Origin: an uncultured delta proteobacterium
GTDB taxonomy: Bacteria; Myxococcota; Kuafuiibacteriia; Kuafuiibacteriales; Kuafuiibacteriaceae
Assembly (NCBI GenBank): GCA_963803435.1
Contig: CAWDML010000008.1
Location: 448,001 to 512,000 of the forward strand
Direction: 5' to 3'
Length of the DNA stretch: 64,000 nucleotides
A program made the translations under genes and the position numbers. This document shows positions 29,085-38,374 of this stretch, in pieces. Numbering within the stretch: position 1 is the stretch's first letter; every line of letters starts with the position of its first letter. The notes under the pieces are model-generated. The model was not told where the DNA came from. It saw only the letters and a program-made list of their open reading frames with translations, and did no database searches.

Positions 29085-29762
29085 ATGGGCCGGATTGTTT
29101 GTCTCGCCCTCGTCGCGCTCTCGTTCGGATGCCGGGCCAGTCAGGCACCGGTGCGCATCGAACCCGGCGCCTTCTCGCTGGGCGACGACGCCTTCGGACT
29201 GCAACGGATCGTGATCGTCTCGGAGATCAATCCGCGCAAGATCTCGATCCAGTACGCAAATCTCATCGATCGCGATCAGCGGAGGATTGTGAAGAACCCC
29301 GCCGCGATCGAGCTGACCTGGGACGACGCGCACCGCGCCTACGTCGGGACCGCCGTCCTGGGCCACCGACTCAGCGTCGCGCCGACCACCGCCGGGATCC
29401 GGCTCAACTACCTGTCCGCGCACCGCGCCGAGGTCGCCACTCCGTTCGGGGAGTGGCACGAGTGGCTGGAGGCCGAAGCGATCCGGGCGCTCTCCGAGAC
29501 GCTCGAGACGCTGGCAGGCAGCATCGAGCTCTACGCGGCCAAGAACGGCGGTGCGCTCCCTGAGGCTTTGTCCGATATCGAGGACCTTGGCTTCGAGAAG
29601 ATCTCGAACGATCCCTGGGGCCGGCCGCTGGTCTACCGGGTGATCCAGTCCCGGCGGCGCCAGGCGCACTTCCGGCTGTTCTCGACGGGCCCGGATGGTG
29701 TGCCTGACACCGAAGACGACGTCGAGGTGCGACGGACCATCGTCGCCAGCGGCCGGCGATAG
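29085..29762 (+). CDS. Lipoprotein with C-terminal GspG (T2SS pseudopilin)-like domain
   Basis: Lipobox LSFGC; C-terminal IELY...LP..L..L...DPWGRP.VY...LFSTGPDG..DTEDD. Confidence 0.7.
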   Translation: MGRIVCLALVALSFGCRASQAPVRIEPGAFSLGDDAFGLQRIVIVSEINPRKISIQYANLIDRDQRRIVKNPAAIELTWDDAHRAYVGTAVLGHRLSVAPTTAGIRLNYLSAHRAEVATPFGEWHEWLEAEAIRALSETLETLAGSIELYAAKNGGALPEALSDIEDLGFEKISNDPWGRPLVYRVIQSRRRQAHFRLFSTGPDGVPDTEDDVEVRRTIVASGRR

Positions 29763-29841
29763 CGCGGGCGGCGGTGTGGACACGGCTCCACAGCACGGTT
29801 CCCGGATGGTCGAGCCGGGACCGAGCTTCTATCGTCAGCCG

Positions 29842-31743
29842 ATGCGCTCCCCGATCGGCATGGTCGCGCTGCTCCTCGTCGCGGCGTGCGGTCCGGCTTC
29901 CGAACGGGTCCCCGAGCGTCTCCGCACGGAGCGCGACGCCTTCGGGCTGATCACGTGCTCGGGGCGTACGGACGGGACCACCTGCTACACGAACCGGTCG
30001 CTGATCGGGATCTCGATGGGCTCGGGCGGCGCCGGGCAGATCGGTCTGGCGCACCCGGAGCTCTTCGACACGGTGGGCATGCTCGGCATCTCGATCGTCG
30101 ACTGGGCGTACATGATGCGCCTCGTGGAGCGCTCGTACCTGGGCGGGTTCTGCGATCGCGAGACGATCCTGGCGCACCTCGACGCGCTCGACGATCCGAG
30201 CAGCGGTGCCTTCTGCGGTCCGGTCCCGGGGACCGAGCGCCTGGAGCCGAGCGGCAAGGTGATCGAGGCCTCGCAGGACTTCAACCACTGGTACATGGGT
30301 ACGGCCGGCGGCGGCGCGATCGGTCTGGGGCGCGACTGGATGCGTCTCGCCTTCCAGGACATCGTGTTCGCCTACGGCAACCCGTTCTACGCGAACCCCG
30401 ATTCGCCGTACCTGCCGCCGGGCGTCCCGCTCGATCTGCACGAGCGCCCCGATCGAGAGCGCTGCCATCCGGCGCCGGTGATCAAGAACTTCAAGCACAA
30501 GGAGTACAACCCGACGGGCGAGTACGACGTGATCGTGGCGTGCGACACCTCCACCACCACCGGGACGTTCGATCCGAACGACCCTGCCGACGAGTCGTTC
30601 GAGATCCTGCTGGCCGTCGACTACAACGGCAACGGCGTCCGCGACTATGCAGAGCCGGTGCTGCTGATGAGCCACGAGCGCTTCCAGGACATCGGCGTTC
30701 GACCGGGCGACGACTACGATCCGTTCGAGCGCCCCACCGGGACGGCCGGCAACTGGCTCTACGACGAGGGCGAGCCCTTCGAGGACACCGGCCTCGACGG
30801 CGTGCCCGACACCGGCGACTACGGCGAGGGCAACGGTGTCTTCGACTACAGCCCCAGCATCCAGGACAGCTTCTTCACCCAGAACCCCCGGATGCTGGTC
30901 GGCACCATGCCGGAGGACCAGCTGGCCCGGATCCGCATCTACGCAGACGCCGGAATCCGCGACTTCCTGGGCAGCGCCGGTGGCACCAACTGGCTGTGGG
31001 GTGCACTGACCGCGCGCGTCGGCGAAGCCGAGGCCAAGAGCTATACGCGCTTCGAGAGCCTCCCGACGATCGGGCCCGCATCGAGCGGCTACGACTTCCT
31101 CGACGTGGACTACCAGCCCGAGCAGCTGGGCCACCACGTCTACGTTCGCTACGGCGACCCCGACGCCACCCCGATGCAGATCGCGAAGGGCGACGGCGAT
31201 CATGTCGGCACCACGCAGCAGGCCGTCGAGCGGCTGCTGACGGCGTTGAGCTTCGCCGAGTCCGGGTTCCGCGTCCGCGATCGCAGGGAGCTCGACGACG
31301 AGCTCGACGTCAACCGCCACATCGTCAGCAGCAGCTTCCACTCCGAGGCGCTCGGCGAGGATCGCTCCTTCGGCATCGCGCTCCCGCCGGGCTACTTCGA
31401 TCCTGGCAATGCCGAGCGCCGCTACCCGGTCGTCTACTTCCTCCACGGGCTCGGCGACGATCCGAACCAGCTCTTCGGCTCCGCGATCCTCTTCCTCGGG
31501 TACATGCAGGGCTCGACCCGTGCCGAGCAGCGCCTCCAGCACCAGAGCGATTGGGGCAAGTTCATCATCGTGTTCCCGAACTCCACCTGCCGCGGTGGGA
31601 TCTGCAACTCGGGGACGTTCAACACGAACCAGAAGGGGCTCGACGGTCAGGGCGGTCGCTACCAGGACGCGCTCTTCGAGCTGATGGCGCACGTGGAGTC
31701 GAACTATCGCGTGCTGCCGCCGGTCGAGGTCGATCTCCCGTAG
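29842..31743 (+). CDS. Alpha/beta-hydrolase (esterase) lipoprotein, apparently circularly permuted
   Basis: Lipobox VAAC; RSLIGISMG near the N-terminus; LPPGY...RYPVVYFLHG...ELMAHVESNYRV at the C-terminus. Confidence 0.8.
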   Translation: MRSPIGMVALLLVAACGPASERVPERLRTERDAFGLITCSGRTDGTTCYTNRSLIGISMGSGGAGQIGLAHPELFDTVGMLGISIVDWAYMMRLVERSYLGGFCDRETILAHLDALDDPSSGAFCGPVPGTERLEPSGKVIEASQDFNHWYMGTAGGGAIGLGRDWMRLAFQDIVFAYGNPFYANPDSPYLPPGVPLDLHERPDRERCHPAPVIKNFKHKEYNPTGEYDVIVACDTSTTTGTFDPNDPADESFEILLAVDYNGNGVRDYAEPVLLMSHERFQDIGVRPGDDYDPFERPTGTAGNWLYDEGEPFEDTGLDGVPDTGDYGEGNGVFDYSPSIQDSFFTQNPRMLVGTMPEDQLARIRIYADAGIRDFLGSAGGTNWLWGALTARVGEAEAKSYTRFESLPTIGPASSGYDFLDVDYQPEQLGHHVYVRYGDPDATPMQIAKGDGDHVGTTQQAVERLLTALSFAESGFRVRDRRELDDELDVNRHIVSSSFHSEALGEDRSFGIALPPGYFDPGNAERRYPVVYFLHGLGDDPNQLFGSAILFLGYMQGSTRAEQRLQHQSDWGKFIIVFPNSTCRGGICNSGTFNTNQKGLDGQGGRYQDALFELMAHVESNYRVLPPVEVDLP

Positions 31744-34008
31744 TCAGCGGCAGTCGTCGCCGTACGTGATCGCGACCGAGGCGCGCGGCACGGGGCGTGA
31801 AGCGCCGTTCAGGCGGATGGCGTTGGCCGCCGCGTCGAAGCTGTACCCGTCGATCGGATCGACCGCGACGGGGACGCCGTCGACCTCCACCTGGATCGTC
31901 GCCGGATCGGCGGGCTGCTCCAGGTCGAAGCGGTTCGTGGGTGCGAGGATGGTGTCGCCGAGGGTGCCGAGCAGCGGCGAGTAGTCCGGTGTGCAGACGT
32001 CCTGGAACGTGCCGCCGGTCTCGCGGGTCAGCAGAGGATAACGCTCGCTCGGGGTCAGCCACGGATCGTCGAGGCAGACGGGTGCGTCGGGATCGCCGGC
32101 GATGGCGTGGACGGTGATCCGGTCGGGCCGGTAGCTCCCCTTGACCGAGTAGAGGTAGTCCCGGAAGGCGAGGTTGCTGGCGGTCGACTGATCCTCCTCG
32201 TCCGAGACGAAGATCAGCGCCAGGTCCGCCTCCTTGCGGAGGAAGTGGGGCAGGGGGTTGGGATCGGACTCGGGATCGATCGCGCGGGACAGCCCGGCGA
32301 TCGCCTGGGTGATCGGTGCAGGCGGTGACTCGTTCGAGTAGCCGACGCGGAGCGCGCACGTGAGCGCGTCGAGCCGGCGCGCGGCGTCGCCGTACGAGGG
32401 ATCGAGCTGATACGGGTGGGGCGAGCAGGCGTACGGCCAGCCGGGGCTTCGGACCGACTCGGGTCCCGGGAGCACCGCGAAGTGGAAGCTCGTGCCTTCC
32501 AGCCGGCCGGCGAGGGCCGAGGCGCCGGCTTGCAGTCGATCCTCCTCGCCCTGCATCGATCGACTGTTGTCGATCACCATCAGCAGATCGACGGTGGCGG
32601 CCGCCGGCGCGGTGAACGTCTCCACCCTCGGCCCGGGTGCGATGGTGCGGCCCGACAGCGTGATGGTCCGTGTGCCGTCGCGGCCGTTGTGCTCGACGAT
32701 CAGCTTCGCGCTCCGCTCCGGGGTCGTCGCGGTCGCGGGCGCGAACCGGATCAGCACCTGCCCCGAAGAACCGGAGGGGATCGTGAGCGGCGGGGTCGGG
32801 TCGGGAAGCATCGCGCCGTCGATCAGCACGCCCTCCACGGTGAAGGCCGGGTCGCCCTGCAGCGTCAGCGCGTCGACGAGGGTGCGCGCCTTGCCGACCG
32901 CCAGCAGCGGGACACGCTCGAGGTGCTCGCTGCAGCCGGCGACCACGCTTCCGAAGTCGATCGCGGGGACGGTGAGCAACTCCGGGATCACCGCGGTTCC
33001 GTGGAGGGGGACGCGGATCTGTCGATTGAGCGCGTCGTCGGTCATGATGTTGAGGCGGCCGTCGTCTCCGAACTCGCTGAAGGGGAGGTAGTCGAGCATC
33101 ACGTTCGCCTCTCCGAACGGCGGGACCACGATCGGGAACTGCGCTTGATCGACGTCGAAGAAGTAGTACCCGTTGAACACGTGTGCGGAGTGGATGTTCG
33201 CCGGCTCGGTGCACGAGCTGTAGACGCTCACCGCGCCGTGCCCGCGCACGCCCAGGTCGGTGTCTGGGAAGGTGAGGGAGCGCGGGAAGACGCCGAGGCA
33301 GCTCCAGAGCGGGAGCGCACCCTGGAAGCTCACCAGGATCTCGCTGCCGTCGCGCTCCTTCACGTGGAGCTGGCGGACGGGCGCGCCGGGAACCTCGGTG
33401 CGCTGGATGTGCTGGGCGTGGAGCACCAGCTCGCCGCCGGCCGCGATCACGTAGGGAACGGCGGGCGCGTCGAGGACGCGGAAGAGATCGCGTCCCTCCA
33501 TGAAGAACCGGGTTACCTCGCAGTCCGACTTGCTGTCGTTGTAGACGTAGACCTCTCGGACCTCGTCGAGGTCGAACCGCTGGAATGCGGGCCAGCCGGA
33601 GAGCCGGCAGCGCTCGCGCGCGTGTCCGCGGACGGGGTAGCGCGCCTCCGGCAGGCGGGGATCGTTGGTCTCGATCACCAGGACTGTCTCGGAGTCTCCA
33701 TGGAGCACGGGCTCGTAGCGCACGAAGACCTCGCCATAGTCGTTGGGCTCGACGCGCTTGTTGAAGCTGCTCACCCGGATCGGCCCCGCAGTCTCGACGT
33801 GCGCCGAGATGGTGAGCGGGCTGTCGCCCTCGTTCCGGGTGGTGACGATCCGCGGAGCCGCCGCGTTCTTCTGCAGCACCACGTCTTCGAACACGATCGG
33901 CGTGCCCGGCTCCGGCACCAGGACGGCCACCGGAGCGACGCGTCCCAGCGTCCCCTCCTCGGGGCAGCCGCCGAGGAGGAGCAGCCCAAGGGCGAACAGG
34001 CCCCTCAT
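31744..34008 (-). CDS. Lipoprotein with Ig-like (choice-of-anchor D-like) domains and C-terminal vWA domain
   Basis: Lipobox LLGGC; repeated Ig-like units (IETNDP, IMTDD); VDLLMVIDNSRSM MIDAS and IFVSDEEDQS. Confidence 0.8.
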   Translation of the reverse strand: MRGLFALGLLLLGGCPEEGTLGRVAPVAVLVPEPGTPIVFEDVVLQKNAAAPRIVTTRNEGDSPLTISAHVETAGPIRVSSFNKRVEPNDYGEVFVRYEPVLHGDSETVLVIETNDPRLPEARYPVRGHARERCRLSGWPAFQRFDLDEVREVYVYNDSKSDCEVTRFFMEGRDLFRVLDAPAVPYVIAAGGELVLHAQHIQRTEVPGAPVRQLHVKERDGSEILVSFQGALPLWSCLGVFPRSLTFPDTDLGVRGHGAVSVYSSCTEPANIHSAHVFNGYYFFDVDQAQFPIVVPPFGEANVMLDYLPFSEFGDDGRLNIMTDDALNRQIRVPLHGTAVIPELLTVPAIDFGSVVAGCSEHLERVPLLAVGKARTLVDALTLQGDPAFTVEGVLIDGAMLPDPTPPLTIPSGSSGQVLIRFAPATATTPERSAKLIVEHNGRDGTRTITLSGRTIAPGPRVETFTAPAAATVDLLMVIDNSRSMQGEEDRLQAGASALAGRLEGTSFHFAVLPGPESVRSPGWPYACSPHPYQLDPSYGDAARRLDALTCALRVGYSNESPPAPITQAIAGLSRAIDPESDPNPLPHFLRKEADLALIFVSDEEDQSTASNLAFRDYLYSVKGSYRPDRITVHAIAGDPDAPVCLDDPWLTPSERYPLLTRETGGTFQDVCTPDYSPLLGTLGDTILAPTNRFDLEQPADPATIQVEVDGVPVAVDPIDGYSFDAAANAIRLNGASRPVPRASVAITYGDDCR

Positions 34009-35186
34009 ATCCGCCGCCTCACTCGGGGCGCCAGCAGGAGGAGCAGCCCGAAGAGCACGAAGCAGGAGGATCCCGGCCGGCGACCGGCGCAGGTGCATCC
34101 GCTGTCCTTTGCGAGGGTCCGGCTGCCCGCGTCGTAGAAGCCGGCGTCCGGATCGGGATGGATTTGATGGCCGGGATTCTCGCCGGCGTCGAAGAATCCG
34201 GCGTCCGGCATCGGCGGGCGCTCCTTCAACGTCACGGTGATGTGGTCCTCGTCCTCCTGCCCGGCGCTGTCGTATCCACGGGCGAGCAGCTCGTGCTCAC
34301 CGAGGGCGAGGTCGGGTGAGGTGTTGAAGCCGTAGGGCGCCGCGGTGGCCGTCCCGACCGACACCCCGTCGATGAAGAGCTCGACGTGATCGACGGCGTG
34401 GTCCTCCTGGACATCGACGTACACGCGGAAGAGGGGAACGACCTCCTCCTCATCCTCCGGGACCACGATCGCCACCAGCGGCTCGTAGTCGACGGGCGTG
34501 ACGCGCTTTCCGAGCACCTTCAAGAGCCCGAGGTAGGAGTTCTGGATGCGGCCGCCGCAGTAGCACTCGCGCGGATCGAACTCTCCGCACTGGGCGTCGA
34601 CGCGCTGGAAGGCCTTCGTCCCGCACGAGGGCAGATAGGTCATCGGATCGTCGCACAGCATCTGGTGATCGAGACCGTAGGTATGACCGGACTCCTGCCC
34701 GACGGTGTTGCACAACGCGATCGGGTTCTCGTATTGGCCCGCGAAGCTGAAGTTGATCCCGTTGTCCACGACCTCGCACGCGAACGGAGCGATACCGCCG
34801 ATCCCGGCCCGGCCGATCTCCGAGGGGAAGCCGGCGACGATGCTCTCGACGTGCGGGACGTCGCCCGGATCGCGATCGGTCACCTGGATCTCGAACGGCT
34901 CGTAGAGCTTCTGCACGCAGCGGAGCGTCTGCTTCCACTTCACGTTTCCCCACGAGAACTCCGAGATGGTGGAAACCTCGTTGACGATCGAGGAGTGGTC
35001 GGTCCTCGAGTCCTCACCACCGGGATAGAGCGTGCATCCACCGGCGCAGCGGTTGAGAAAGAGGATCCGAGGCGAGGGTACGAGCGATCGTGCCGTGGAG
35101 GCGAGCTCGGGATGGACCTCGAACGTGCCGCGCGGGGCCTCCGCCTCGCAGCCCGCCAGCACCAGGAGCAGGAGCAGCCGTCGCAT
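34005..35186 (-). CDS. Exported metzincin-like protein with Ig-like domain and MYXO-CTERM-like tail
   Basis: QESGHTYGLDH...DPM, VDHVELFIDG...APY, and terminal SGCTC-hydrophobic-RVRRR. Confidence 0.75.
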   Translation of the reverse strand: MRRLLLLLVLAGCEAEAPRGTFEVHPELASTARSLVPSPRILFLNRCAGGCTLYPGGEDSRTDHSSIVNEVSTISEFSWGNVKWKQTLRCVQKLYEPFEIQVTDRDPGDVPHVESIVAGFPSEIGRAGIGGIAPFACEVVDNGINFSFAGQYENPIALCNTVGQESGHTYGLDHQMLCDDPMTYLPSCGTKAFQRVDAQCGEFDPRECYCGGRIQNSYLGLLKVLGKRVTPVDYEPLVAIVVPEDEEEVVPLFRVYVDVQEDHAVDHVELFIDGVSVGTATAAPYGFNTSPDLALGEHELLARGYDSAGQEDEDHITVTLKERPPMPDAGFFDAGENPGHQIHPDPDAGFYDAGSRTLAKDSGCTCAGRRPGSSCFVLFGLLLLLAPRVRRRI

Positions 35187-35294
35187 TCAGCGGGCGCAGA
35201 GTAGAGCACCTTTTGGACCACGGCGACCGTCAGCGGGTTTGCGGACAAACCTTCGAGATCCTGAGGCCTCCTCGTCGGCGTTCGTTTTCGATCG

Positions 35295-36251
35295 TCAGAA
35301 GGCGCTCATCTTGGTGCCCAGCAGCAACCAGCCGGAGATGCGGAGGACGCCGGTCTGCCGCTCGATCCAGGGCGCATAGCCGAAGCTCAGGTCGGCGAAG
35401 AAGTCTCCGAACATGAGCCGTCCGAGGAGCGCGAAGCCCACCGCCCAAGGGTCGATGAACCGCTGGCCGCGGGTATCGTCGTCGAAGACGGCGGCGTCGG
35501 CCACCACCGCGACGGAGCCCCAGGACCAGCGGGCCTCGGGACCGGCGCGGACCATGGCGTAGCGCTCGACCCACCACTCCGCCCAGGCGGCGCCCGCGAG
35601 CGGGATGGCGTAGGGCGTCAGGCCGCCGAGGCGCGTCTTGGTGAGATCGTCGAGCCCGTCAGCGAGGCCGGCGTACAGCTCGACGCGCGGGCCGACCGTC
35701 CAGTCCGGCCGCCAGGCGCCGTGCAGAGCCGCGCGCCCGGAGACGAAGCCGTCGCGAAGATCGGCGCCGCCCGACAGCTCGAAGCTCGCAGTCGGCGACC
35801 ACCAGCCGAGGAGGGCCTCCGGCGTGATCACGAAGGTCGGCTCGGGCTTGTCGGCGGTGGTGTCGTCGGACCGGCGCAGGAACAGGTAACCCTGCGCGGC
35901 GCCGCGCAGGCCGGTGTAGAAGCCGGCCGGCAGGTACTCGACGAAGCCCGCCGCCACGTCGAGGTGGGGCACGACGAACGCGCGCGACCGATCCCGGCCG
36001 CCGCGTGTCCACGGTGAGATGAACATCTGCGACGCATAACCCTCCGCCCGAAGGCCCAGGTACGCGCGCCCGCTCTCGTGCTTTGGTCGCCACCAGACCT
36101 CGAGCGTGTCGGTGACCAGCTCGAGCGCGAAGCTGTCCTTCTCCACCCCCGCGTTGACCACGCCGTGGGGATCGCTGTCGACCTGTCCACCGCCCTCGGC
36201 GTGCCAGGTCCAGGGCGCCGCGAGCAGCAGCAGGGCTTCCTGATACCTCAA
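35295..36251 (-). CDS. Hypothetical outer-membrane beta-barrel-like protein
   Basis: Aromatic-rich alternating strands and a terminal Phe. Confidence 0.55.
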   Translation of the reverse strand: MRYQEALLLLAAPWTWHAEGGGQVDSDPHGVVNAGVEKDSFALELVTDTLEVWWRPKHESGRAYLGLRAEGYASQMFISPWTRGGRDRSRAFVVPHLDVAAGFVEYLPAGFYTGLRGAAQGYLFLRRSDDTTADKPEPTFVITPEALLGWWSPTASFELSGGADLRDGFVSGRAALHGAWRPDWTVGPRVELYAGLADGLDDLTKTRLGGLTPYAIPLAGAAWAEWWVERYAMVRAGPEARWSWGSVAVVADAAVFDDDTRGQRFIDPWAVGFALLGRLMFGDFFADLSFGYAPWIERQTGVLRISGWLLLGTKMSAF

Positions 36252-36279
36252 GCTTCGATTATGCTGCGTGACCTCGCCG

Positions 36280-37668
36280 ATGGGGAATCCGACGAGGAGG
36301 GAGTTGGAGAAGCTCGCCGAACGGCTGGATCAGAACCCCAACTACGAGTTCCTCGACGTCCTCCGTCTCCGACACCCCGACCAGATCAACGGGATCGATC
36401 GCTACCGAGCGGGCGATCTGATCCGCGTCCATCGATCCGACGGCGACTGGTCGCTGGGTGTGGTGACCGCGCGCGCGACGAAGGGCAGGCTGCGCATCCT
36501 GGTCCGCTCGAAGCCGGACGGCGCGCTCTCGGTGAAGGAGCTCTCCGAGGAGTCGGTCGTCTCTGCGAACCCGCTCAAGATCGGCGACTTCATCCAGATC
36601 GACAATGCACCGTTCTGGGTGGCCGGCCTCGACCTCGACGGCGAGCTCCTGGTGGTCACGCGATCGAGCCAGCGCGTCGATCCCAACGAGCTGGCCCAGC
36701 GGCTACGGAAGCGCGTCGAGGAGCGAGACAGCGAGATCACCGTCCAGCTGAGCCCCACCGATCGCGAGCGCCTGCTCGGCACCGACGATCCCGCGGGTGC
36801 CGTCACCACCCGGCCCCCGACCCGTCCGCTCTCGGTGGCGCGTCCGGTCTCTCCCGGCCCCTATCTGCCGATCGAGTCGATCCTCAACGCCAACAGCGGC
36901 TACGGACTGTGGGCCGGCAACAAGGAGACGGAGACGGTCTTCGATCTCAAGAGCCCGCTGGCGGGCGCTGCGCTCCACACGAGCCGCGGGCACAACTACA
37001 AGAGCTGGAACGAGGACGGCGGCGCGCTGTTCGCCGACAGCAACGGGCGGCTCTACCTGGGCGTCTTCGATCAGGCGGGCGGCGAGGGCTCGGACGAGAA
37101 CGCCCGCGGCGCCGCCTCGGCGATCGCCGCCGAGATGCTGTTCGACGAGATGCAGACGATCGCCGAGGCGAACGGCGACCACGACGAGGCGGAGGCCGCG
37201 CTGGTGCGCGCCGCCACCCGCGCGCACCACGCGATCCTCGAGCGGGCCAAGGGCGAGGTCACCACCTTCATTGGCGGGATGATCGACGCGAAGCAGGCCA
37301 CGCTCGTGAACGTCGGCGACTCGGGTGCCATGCACTTCGATCGAAAGGGCCGGCACCTGCGGACCACCGAGGCACAGGGGGTCGGGCGCCTGCTCCTCGA
37401 GGGGTTGGGCATGGTGAGAAAGCGCGGCTTCTCGCATCAGGCCTACCGCTGGCCGGTGGCGAAGGGCGACCTCTTGATCTTCGGCTCCGACGGGCTCTTC
37501 GACTCCAAGCTCGAACCGGAGGAGATCGGGAAGATGGCAGCCCGCGCCAAGACCGCGGCCGACGCCACCCGAAAGCTCCGCGACGTGGTGAGTGAACGGA
37601 TGCGGATCAAGAAGGCGAAGCCGGACAACCTCACCGTGCTGGTGGTGCGGGTCGGCGAGAGCGGTTAG
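36280..37668 (+). CDS. PP2C-family protein phosphatase with N-terminal extension
   Basis: NEDG, GVFDQAGG, VNVGDS, FGSDGLFD and DNLTVLVV motifs. Confidence 0.85.
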   Translation: MGNPTRRELEKLAERLDQNPNYEFLDVLRLRHPDQINGIDRYRAGDLIRVHRSDGDWSLGVVTARATKGRLRILVRSKPDGALSVKELSEESVVSANPLKIGDFIQIDNAPFWVAGLDLDGELLVVTRSSQRVDPNELAQRLRKRVEERDSEITVQLSPTDRERLLGTDDPAGAVTTRPPTRPLSVARPVSPGPYLPIESILNANSGYGLWAGNKETETVFDLKSPLAGAALHTSRGHNYKSWNEDGGALFADSNGRLYLGVFDQAGGEGSDENARGAASAIAAEMLFDEMQTIAEANGDHDEAEAALVRAATRAHHAILERAKGEVTTFIGGMIDAKQATLVNVGDSGAMHFDRKGRHLRTTEAQGVGRLLLEGLGMVRKRGFSHQAYRWPVAKGDLLIFGSDGLFDSKLEPEEIGKMAARAKTAADATRKLRDVVSERMRIKKAKPDNLTVLVVRVGESG

Positions 37669-38309
37669 GGCGAGGTCTGCTGCGCCTCGATGAGGAGGCG
37701 GATCGCCAGCGCGCTCATGTTCGAGAGGTCCGTCTTCGTCAGGATGCTGGTGACGTGGTTGGCGTACGTCTTCGAGGAGATTCCGAGCGTCCGGATGATC
37801 TCCTCGCGCGTCCGCCCGTCGACGTGCAGCTGAACGATCTCTTTCTCTCGGGGCGTCAGCTTCCAGCGCGCGGCCTCCCGCTCGACGATGTGCGTGCGTG
37901 CATCGACGCCGGGCGTGCGCGGGACGAGCGCGCGGACGAACTCGTCGAGCATCGAGGCCGAGATCGGCTTCAGCGCGACGTGTGCGCCGAGGGTGGCGGC
38001 ACGGTTGATCAGATCGCGCTCGAACATCCCCGTCAGCACGAGCACGTCGATCCGATCGAGGAGCGTGCGGTGCTCCTCCAGCAGATCGAGCCCCGAACCG
38101 TCGGGGAGACCGACGTCCACGATCAAGCAGCGCTCGGGCGTCTCACGCGCCAGCGTCTCTCTTGCCGCTTCGATCGTTGCGACCACGTTGACAGATCCAT
38201 GTCGCTGAAGAACGCGTCTCACGCTGTCGGCGACCAGCGGATCGTCTTCCACCACAAGAAACTGTGGGACCCCCTCCACAGCGAGTTGCATCGCCCGAGA
38301 GTCTGCCAT
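37665..38309 (-). CDS. NarL/LuxR-family response regulator
   Basis: LVVEDD, DVGLPDGSG, VLTG, KP, and LTPREKEI HTH. Confidence 0.9.
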   Translation of the reverse strand: MADSRAMQLAVEGVPQFLVVEDDPLVADSVRRVLQRHGSVNVVATIEAARETLARETPERCLIVDVGLPDGSGLDLLEEHRTLLDRIDVLVLTGMFERDLINRAATLGAHVALKPISASMLDEFVRALVPRTPGVDARTHIVEREAARWKLTPREKEIVQLHVDGRTREEIIRTLGISSKTYANHVTSILTKTDLSNMSALAIRLLIEAQQTSP

Positions 38310-38374
38310 CAGGGACGACGTATCGAAACCGTGATGAGAACGATCGCACGTGCTCTAGGATGCAGCTCCCAGTT

